Part shown: positions 58,061-64,000 of the stretch, piece after piece
Position numbering within the stretch: position 1 is the first letter of the stretch
How the letters are laid out: the number at the start of each line of letters is the position of its first letter
NCBI GenBank assembly: GCA_965228855.1
Contig: CBDDIJ010000002.1
Span: 2,368,001-2,432,000, forward strand
DNA: 64,000 bases
Source: Candidatus Obscuribacterales bacterium
Lineage (GTDB): Bacteria > Cyanobacteriota > Vampirovibrionia > Obscuribacterales > Obscuribacteraceae
Reading direction: 5' to 3'
Made by a program: the position numbers and the translations under genes
The notes under the pieces: generated by a model
What the model was told of the DNA's origin: nothing
Seen by the model: only the letters and a program-made list of their open reading frames with translations
Databases searched by the model: none

Positions 58061-59188
58061 TCAGGCAGAAAGTTTCTTTTGAATCCTGGTTCTCTTCCGC
58101 TTGAAAGTGAGCAGTGAGTTCTCGTCATCTAAGTGTGGAAGCAAGATCGAGAGACGCATCTCGTCCCTCGTAAGGCCTGCACTTCGTGTGACTTTGCCTT
58201 CTATGGCCCGAATCAATTTCGGAAGGCTTCCGCGTTCCGCGTGTGCGAGGATAGCAGAGTGAATGTAGCTCTGGCGACAGACCGCCATTGTGTTTCCTAG
58301 CGCCGTGGCTGCGGCTCTGACGGCCTCGACAATTGCTCGTTTTCTTGCCGTTTGACTCAATTCTTCTTCCATTCTTGCCAATTCTGCAAGCGCAATCACG
58401 CTTCCGCGCCAGGTTCGAAAATCCTTTGCCGTAATGTGCTCATTTGAAATCTCAAGTAAATATGCGTTTACGTCAGCCGAGTTTACGGCCACAAGTTCAT
58501 TTTCTTCATTGTGGTACGAGAAGAGGAATTCGGACTCGTTGTTTTCGCAGTCTGCAATTACAGCTGCCAATCCGCTATCGCGACACTCAAGCTCAATTTG
58601 TTTTCCTGATTTTCCTTTGAAGTTCAAACTGATTTTGTCCATTGAGCACTCTACGTGCTCTGTCAATAGAGTCGTGGCACCATGCGATTCATTTTCCTGA
58701 ACATAGCGTTTGTTTCCGATTCTGATAGAAGCTTTGTCCAATAGCCGAACAACGGCGGCGATTACTCTGCGTTTCGATAATTCCGGCGTTTTGAGATCCT
58801 TACGCACGTGATTCCGGATCTTGGTCAGTAAGCCGGCAAATATTTGCAGGCGACCATATTTGTATGCTGCGCTCGCTTCGTGCCAGCGCGCGTGATAAAT
58901 GTACTGCTTTCGCCCGGCGTCATCGTAGCCGGTCGCTTGAATGTGACCATCCGGACTTGAACAGATCCAAACGTCCTTCCACGCCGGCGGTATCACCAAC
59001 GCCTTGACTCTGCTCTTCGTAATTTTGCATGTAACAGTGGAGCCGTCCGAAGCAATATATTTGAAACCTTTCCCGCTTTTCTTTCTGGTAAGGCCTTGAC
59101 CAAATTCCTGGATATACTCGAGCCCGGCGCTGGCTGCCCGTTCCATCCAGGCGAGTTGTTTTTCTGTGACTGTATTGTGAGTTGCCAT
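58061..59188 (-). CDS. Bacterial DNA topoisomerase IB
   Basis: IPPAWKDVWIC, GRKQYIYH, IRIGN, GKSGK, KDFRTW, LGNT.AVCRQSYIH (catalytic Tyr). Confidence 0.93.
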   Translation of the reverse strand: MATHNTVTEKQLAWMERAASAGLEYIQEFGQGLTRKKSGKGFKYIASDGSTVTCKITKSRVKALVIPPAWKDVWICSSPDGHIQATGYDDAGRKQYIYHARWHEASAAYKYGRLQIFAGLLTKIRNHVRKDLKTPELSKRRVIAAVVRLLDKASIRIGNKRYVQENESHGATTLLTEHVECSMDKISLNFKGKSGKQIELECRDSGLAAVIADCENNESEFLFSYHNEENELVAVNSADVNAYLLEISNEHITAKDFRTWRGSVIALAELARMEEELSQTARKRAIVEAVRAAATALGNTMAVCRQSYIHSAILAHAERGSLPKLIRAIEGKVTRSAGLTRDEMRLSILLPHLDDENSLLTFKRKRTRIQKKLSA

Positions 59189-59556
59189 TGTTTTCTTGCC
59201 TTCTACTTCGTGTCCGGTATGTAGCACGCATATGCGACTTTGGACCTGCTTTCGCGAAAGAAAGCCTTGCCTGAACTGGGGGACCTGTTAGGGCTTTGCG
59301 TTCACCGCTAATTCATTTCGGGTTTCAGCACCGCCACCGGTGGCATTATTCGTATCTCGAACGAAACTTGCGATGAAACTGTGATCGGAAGAGCTTCGCC
59401 AGCTGTTTCCTCGCTGACTAGAATGGTGATTTTGTCAGAAATCACTCCGGCATGCGTATTCACGAGCAGTAACTGCTGGTATATTATTTTCACTCGGCGT
59501 CTGTTCGGACAGACCTTTCTCTCGGCCCTGTTTGCGCTAGCCTCTTCCCAAACTCC

Positions 59557-60036
59557 ATGAAAAAGGTGCTTTATTTGGAAGACAGTTTTCTGGACTCGAC
59601 ACTGGTCGAGACTGCTCTGCGTGCGAAGCTTCCGGAAGTACAACTCAAGATAGTCTCGGATGTGGAATCTTTTAAAGATGCTTTAGAAACCGAGAAATTC
59701 TTCGCTGTACTTTGTGATAACACGAGGGTCAATGGAGACACGCTCACATCGGTGAAGCTAGCTAAGAACGCTCAGCCCGCCGCTCCGGTCATCGTTGTTT
59801 CCGGTCACAGCGATGAACTTCGTGCGGCGGGGGCGCTTAGCGAAGGTGCTTTTGACTACGTCAACAAAAACGAACTGTGGCGGCTGACCTTCATACTTTC
59901 AAGACTGTCGGCGGGTCGTCCACTGAGTGCGAATAATTTGCCGCCACCACCGAGCATCGTCACCGCATTCGCGGAGACGGAGTCTGCTGGTAATGATCTG
60001 GGTGATGAAGAATCGCCTGCAAATTGCGATTACTGA
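59557..60036 (+). CDS. Stand-alone receiver-domain response regulator
   Basis: LYLEDS, VLCDN, VIVVSG, DYVNK. Confidence 0.85.
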   Translation: MKKVLYLEDSFLDSTLVETALRAKLPEVQLKIVSDVESFKDALETEKFFAVLCDNTRVNGDTLTSVKLAKNAQPAAPVIVVSGHSDELRAAGALSEGAFDYVNKNELWRLTFILSRLSAGRPLSANNLPPPPSIVTAFAETESAGNDLGDEESPANCDY

Positions 60037-60039
60037 TAC

Positions 60040-60420
60040 TTAGTGTCGACGTGTGCATTTGGGAAAAGAAACCGAGCCGCTAGCTTCCGTGCGGAGATCT
60101 GACATTCGAATAATCTGACCTTTCTCTATATCGTTGCGTGCAAAATTGTCTGTAGCGATAGTCACGATTGGAAGTGCGTCCTCAGGCTGCTTCCATCGTT
60201 CGATCGAGCGTTCGCCGAGCATGTAGTCTTCAATTTTTGTGTCGCGAGCGATCGGTTGTACCGCGTATACGACCTGCGCTTGATTGGATTGAAAGTAGTA
60301 TTCGCCGTGTTCGCTGGCATGGCTCGCGTACTCTTTCGGCATTGAGTATTTGATGCCGAAAATCACGCCGCCGATCAAGCACAGGACGATTAGAAACATG
60401 GCAGGTTTTGTCATATACAA
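60040..60420 (-). CDS. Membrane-anchored SAF-domain (CpaB-like) protein
   Basis: N-terminal TM; VVYAVQPI....I and ARNDIEKGQII...DL. Confidence 0.65.
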   Translation of the reverse strand: MYMTKPAMFLIVLCLIGGVIFGIKYSMPKEYASHASEHGEYYFQSNQAQVVYAVQPIARDTKIEDYMLGERSIERWKQPEDALPIVTIATDNFARNDIEKGQIIRMSDLRTEASGSVSFPKCTRRH

Positions 60421-60491
60421 GGATTATAGCCTGGGAAAGGTTTTGAAGGTTTTATCTGGAATCCGATCAGTTTTAAGCGCGGGGTGTTATA

Positions 60492-60509
60492 TTTAACGAT
60501 ATGGTTAAA
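60492..60509. promoter_or_regulatory. Palindromic operator of the SRPBCC-ArsR operon
   Basis: TTTAAC-gatatg-GTTAAA. Confidence 0.6.
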
Positions 60510-60603
60510 CATTGCCAATCGCTAACATAATCGAAGGCAGTAATGCAGTGTGTTGTTAGCTCTAGCTCCAGACAAATAGAAACGATTTCCACAGGAATTG
60601 AAC

Positions 60604-61170
60604 ATGGTCAAGAAAGTTGTCTTAACAGTACTCGCTCTAGTCGGCGTCGCTGCTGCGGCGGTGGTCGCTATCGCGGCCACTAAACCTGATCACTTCTCGT
60701 TCGAGCGGGAGACTATCGTCAAAGCCCCTCCTGAACGCGTTTACCCTCTCATAAGTAACTTCCACGAGTGGCCCAGATGGTCGCCCTGGGAGAAGCTCGA
60801 TCCAAAAATGAAGCGAGATTACAGCGGTCCAGAGTCGGCTGTCGGAGCGACTTATGCTTGGGACGGAAATAATGATGCCGGTGTCGGCAAGATGACCATA
60901 ACTGAAGTCTCCGCTCCCAATCTGGTTAAACTCAATCTCGATTTCGTCAAGCCGTTTGAGGCCAAAAATCAAGTAACGTTCCAGATCACACCGGTAAACG
61001 AAAATGAATCGCAAGTGAGTTGGAAAATGGAAGGCGATTCTCAACTGTTTCCCTGCAAAATTGTTAGCGTCTTTTGCAGCATGGATGATATGTGCGGCAA
61101 AGATTTTGACGCGGGATTGGCCAGCATCAAATCAATTGCAGAGAAACAGAAAGTAGCATCGCAAGAGTAA
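60604..61170 (+). CDS. SRPBCC family protein with N-terminal anchor
   Basis: W..WSPWEKLDP, GATYAWDGN, LDFVKPFEA. Confidence 0.88.
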   Translation: MVKKVVLTVLALVGVAAAAVVAIAATKPDHFSFERETIVKAPPERVYPLISNFHEWPRWSPWEKLDPKMKRDYSGPESAVGATYAWDGNNDAGVGKMTITEVSAPNLVKLNLDFVKPFEAKNQVTFQITPVNENESQVSWKMEGDSQLFPCKIVSVFCSMDDMCGKDFDAGLASIKSIAEKQKVASQE

Positions 61171-61222
61171 TGAGTTCGGCTTGTGATTAAGTCCAACGCA
61201 CAATGGTTCAACCAAACGCACG

Positions 61223-61642
61223 ATGGTTAAACACTACAGCGAACAACTCGATAGAACATTTTTCGCGCTATCTGATCCCACGCGCAGAGCGATTATTGGA
61301 AATCTTGCGAAAAAGGGACCTTGCTCCGTACTTGAGCTTGCAGAGCCATTCAACATGTCTTTGCCTGCGATTTCAAAACACTTGAAATTGCTTGAAAATG
61401 CGAACCTCGTTACTCGCGAACGCAAAGGACGCGTTCACTACCTGACACTTGTGGGAGGACCCATGTCAGAGGCTAATGATTGGCTTGAGGCTTATAGCCG
61501 CTTTTGGCAGACGCACCTGGATGCGTTTGAAGAATACTTAAATGAAACAGGAGAATCTGAACATGACGACGACGTGCAAAGTACAGCCGACGGTCTTGGA
61601 GATAACGAAAGTTTTAAAAGCCCCGGTCGAGAGAGTCTATAA
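61223..61642 (+). CDS. ArsR/SmtB family transcriptional regulator
   Basis: FFALSDPTRRAI, ELAEPFNMSLPAISKHLKLLE.A.LV.R...GR. Confidence 0.92.
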   Translation: MVKHYSEQLDRTFFALSDPTRRAIIGNLAKKGPCSVLELAEPFNMSLPAISKHLKLLENANLVTRERKGRVHYLTLVGGPMSEANDWLEAYSRFWQTHLDAFEEYLNETGESEHDDDVQSTADGLGDNESFKSPGRESL

Positions 61643-62024
61643 AACTTGGACGGAACCGGAGCACATGGCGAAGTGGTTCGGCTGCGCAAAGACGGGAACT
61701 GTGCAGATCGAACAGGACTTGCGCGTCGGTGGAAACTTCAGAGTTGAAATGCACTGCACCGATGGCGAGATTGCAATTGTGCATGGAACCTTCAAGGAAA
61801 TTGAACCGAACAAGAAGCTCGTATACACATGGACTAATAATTCACAAGAATTTCCTGCCGCAGATACTCTTGTCACTGTGCTCTTCATTGGCAATGGAAA
61901 GGAAACCGAGTTGCGTTTAAAGCACCAGAATTTCGCCAAGGAAATTTCGGCTCAGGGGCACAGCATGGGTTGGGGCGCATCGCTTGATAAGTTTGAAAGC
62001 TTGTTCAACGATGATGCTGCTTGA
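61563..62024 (+). CDS. SRPBCC/AHSA1-like protein
   Basis: GGAG then ATG 61563; APVERVYKTWTEPE..KWFG, DLRVGG, GWGASLDK. Confidence 0.9.
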   Translation: MTTTCKVQPTVLEITKVLKAPVERVYKTWTEPEHMAKWFGCAKTGTVQIEQDLRVGGNFRVEMHCTDGEIAIVHGTFKEIEPNKKLVYTWTNNSQEFPAADTLVTVLFIGNGKETELRLKHQNFAKEISAQGHSMGWGASLDKFESLFNDDAA

Positions 62025-62118
62025 CGCGAGTTTTTGAAACCAACATGAACTGCTCGCGCAAATCTTGTTCGAATCTTGTTAAACACACGAGCGTGACGCT
62101 CATCAAAGGAGAGTAAAG

Positions 62119-62604
62119 ATGTCACAAGAGAAATGGATTCCGGATGGTATCACATCCGTTACGCCGCATTTTGTTAGAAAGGATGCAGCAAAGGCGATCG
62201 AGTTTTACGAAAAGGCCTTTGGTGCCGAGGTGAAGCAGCGCTTGAACACGCCAGACGGCAGAGTTATGCACGCTTGTCTGAAATTCGGAAACGCTGCAAT
62301 TTTTATTTGCGATGAATTTCCCGAATGTGGTCCTGCTCTCGAACCACAAACAGAAAAGAACGCCCATGTGACCATTCATTTATTTGTAGAGGATGTAGAT
62401 GCCGCCTTCAAGCGTGCCACCGAAGCTGGTGCAAAGGCGCTGATGCCGCCAACCGATATGTTCTGGGGGGATCGTTACAGCCGTTTGCAGGACCCCTTTG
62501 GTCAGATGTGGAGCATTGCAACTCATAAAGAACAGCTCAGTCAGGAGCAGTTGGAAAAGAATATGGCCGAAGCTATGCAACAGATGGCCGGCGCCGCCAA
62601 GTAG
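62119..62604 (+). CDS. VOC family (PhnB-like) protein
   Basis: AAGGAG RBS; AIEFYEKAFGA, DMFWGDRY..L.DPFG..W. Confidence 0.92.
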   Translation: MSQEKWIPDGITSVTPHFVRKDAAKAIEFYEKAFGAEVKQRLNTPDGRVMHACLKFGNAAIFICDEFPECGPALEPQTEKNAHVTIHLFVEDVDAAFKRATEAGAKALMPPTDMFWGDRYSRLQDPFGQMWSIATHKEQLSQEQLEKNMAEAMQQMAGAAK

Positions 62605-62645
62605 CCTTAACCGGCCTATGAGTAAGCGCGCACCAATCTAAGAAA

Positions 62646-62683
62646 AGTAGACAGAGTCAGATTGTTCGTCTGACTCTGCTACT
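62646..62683. terminator. Hairpin between convergent genes
   Basis: CAGAGTCAGA-ttgttcg-TCTGACTCTG with outer AGTAG/CTACT. Confidence 0.65.
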
Positions 62684-62749
62684 GTTTACGCGTCGGGTAA
62701 ACTTTTTTTGCGGCGTTCGCTGCTTGCTGTGCTGAGAACGCGATCAAGT

Positions 62750-63646
62750 CTAGTGGGTTAATGCGTGTTTCAAAGCCGCTTCCAGTTCCGGATATCTGAA
62801 TTTGTAGCCCGATTGTTCAAGCTTTGTCGGTTTTACTAGTGTGCTCGAGAGAAGCAGTTCATCAGCCATCTCGCCCAGTAAGAGCCGCAGTCCAAAGGCG
62901 GGAACTGGGAAAACTGTCGGGCGATGTACAACGTTACCCAGCGTATTCGTGAACTCTTTATTCGTCACCGCATGTGGTGCTACGAGGTTGACCGGACCGG
63001 ATAAACTTTCTGTGTTCAAGATGTGGATGATGGCTCCGACCTCATCGTCCATCGAGATCCAGCTCATGTATTGTCGTCCATCACCGAGCGGTCCGCCCAG
63101 TCCCGACATTATAGGTGGAAGCATCTTCGCCAACGCCCCTCCTCGCTTGGACAGCACAACTCCGGTTCGGAGATTTACTACTCTGATCCCGGCTTTCTTC
63201 GCCGCTTCGGTTGCATTTTCCCAGTCCTTGCATACCTCTGAGAGAAAGTCGAAGCCGCCGCTTGCCGATTCGTCCACTATAGTGTCACCGCGCTCACCGT
63301 AAAAACCGATTGCAGAGCCGCATATAAAAACCTTCGGCGGATTTTTCAGCGCGGCAAGCGCGTTGGAAAGTTGGTTGGTGGAGCGTACGCGACTCTCGCG
63401 AATTTCTTTTTTCTTCTCGTCCGTCCACCGTCCCGATGATATGTTTTCACCGGCGAGATGGACGACGGCATCTACCCCTTCCAGGCAAACAAGGTTTTCG
63501 CCCTCACCGTTCTGGTCCCAGAATATCTCACTGGGTGATTCGCTCGCCTTCCGGACTAGATGAATGACTTGATGTCCATCGTTGGTGAGTCTGGTTGCGA
63601 GCTCGGAACCAATTAGCCCGTGTGAGCCGCTGATTGCTATCTTCAT
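62750..63646 (-). CDS. TIGR01777-family NAD-dependent epimerase/oxidoreductase (YfcH-like)
   Basis: GAGG then ATG 63646; ISGSHGLIG, HLAGE, SAIGFYG, GDGRQYMSWI. Confidence 0.92.
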   Translation of the reverse strand: MKIAISGSHGLIGSELATRLTNDGHQVIHLVRKASESPSEIFWDQNGEGENLVCLEGVDAVVHLAGENISSGRWTDEKKKEIRESRVRSTNQLSNALAALKNPPKVFICGSAIGFYGERGDTIVDESASGGFDFLSEVCKDWENATEAAKKAGIRVVNLRTGVVLSKRGGALAKMLPPIMSGLGGPLGDGRQYMSWISMDDEVGAIIHILNTESLSGPVNLVAPHAVTNKEFTNTLGNVVHRPTVFPVPAFGLRLLLGEMADELLLSSTLVKPTKLEQSGYKFRYPELEAALKHALTH

Positions 63647-64000
63647 GGTTTCGTCCTCTCTACCCATCAGCCTGAGTCTCTCGTCCACCAGCCGTGACTC
63701 GACTCCTCCTCCTATTAGACCGAATTGAGGTGAACGTTGGGTGAGCGGAGGGAGTAATTTCAAGCTGGTTTTGACGCATGTAACAGGTGACCTGGCTGCA
63801 CCATCCTGACTCAGGAGTTCACCACGTGTTCACGCAGCGGGAATATAATTGTGAAAAGTCCTTCGCCCGATGGCGGCGCCTAGAAATCACGTGGGAACTT
63901 CAATGAAGCCGGACACCGACAACCATATAAAGGGAAGCCCATTCGGCACTCTGAAGGCCTCCGAGCACCATCTCAGAGTCCTTGAGAACGCGGTGCAGTC

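Noticed and set aside
63780..64000. Possible structured RNA at the window end (ACTCTGA/TCAGAGT stem)
   Set aside because: Truncated context and no recognisable consensus

Overview
A 64-kb, roughly 50% GC bacterial chromosomal window with about 57 protein-coding genes. I see no rRNA, tRNA, CRISPR array, integrase or transposase. The gene style (many signal-peptide hypothetical proteins, TPR proteins, tandem HAMP/PAS kinases, an Rcp1-like receiver) suggests Vampirovibrionia/Melainabacteria (Obscuribacterales-like), but that is inference only. Recognisable content: an XRE-REC regulator divergent from a sigma-70 factor, ABC and RND exporters, DinB, an SF2 helicase with predicted membrane helices, a TetR plus ferritin-like diiron enzyme, redox genes (exported MsrB and glutathione peroxidase, ArsC-like protein, aldo/keto reductase, NADP oxidoreductase), CPD photolyase, topoisomerase IB and an ArsR-SRPBCC-VOC operon. 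Four signals the ORF track does not show stand out. (1) An ORF at 57626-58021 is split by one in-frame TGA with an open, protein-like continuation, making it a candidate selenoprotein or readthrough gene. (2) Three TGTAG-N8-CTACA palindromes bracket the promoters of the XRE-REC/sigma divergon. (3) A start-less OmpR winged-helix remnant follows the helicase. (4) A GACCGGTCG operator core is shared by two distant oxidoreductase promoters. All family calls come from motif reading by eye; no database search was run.
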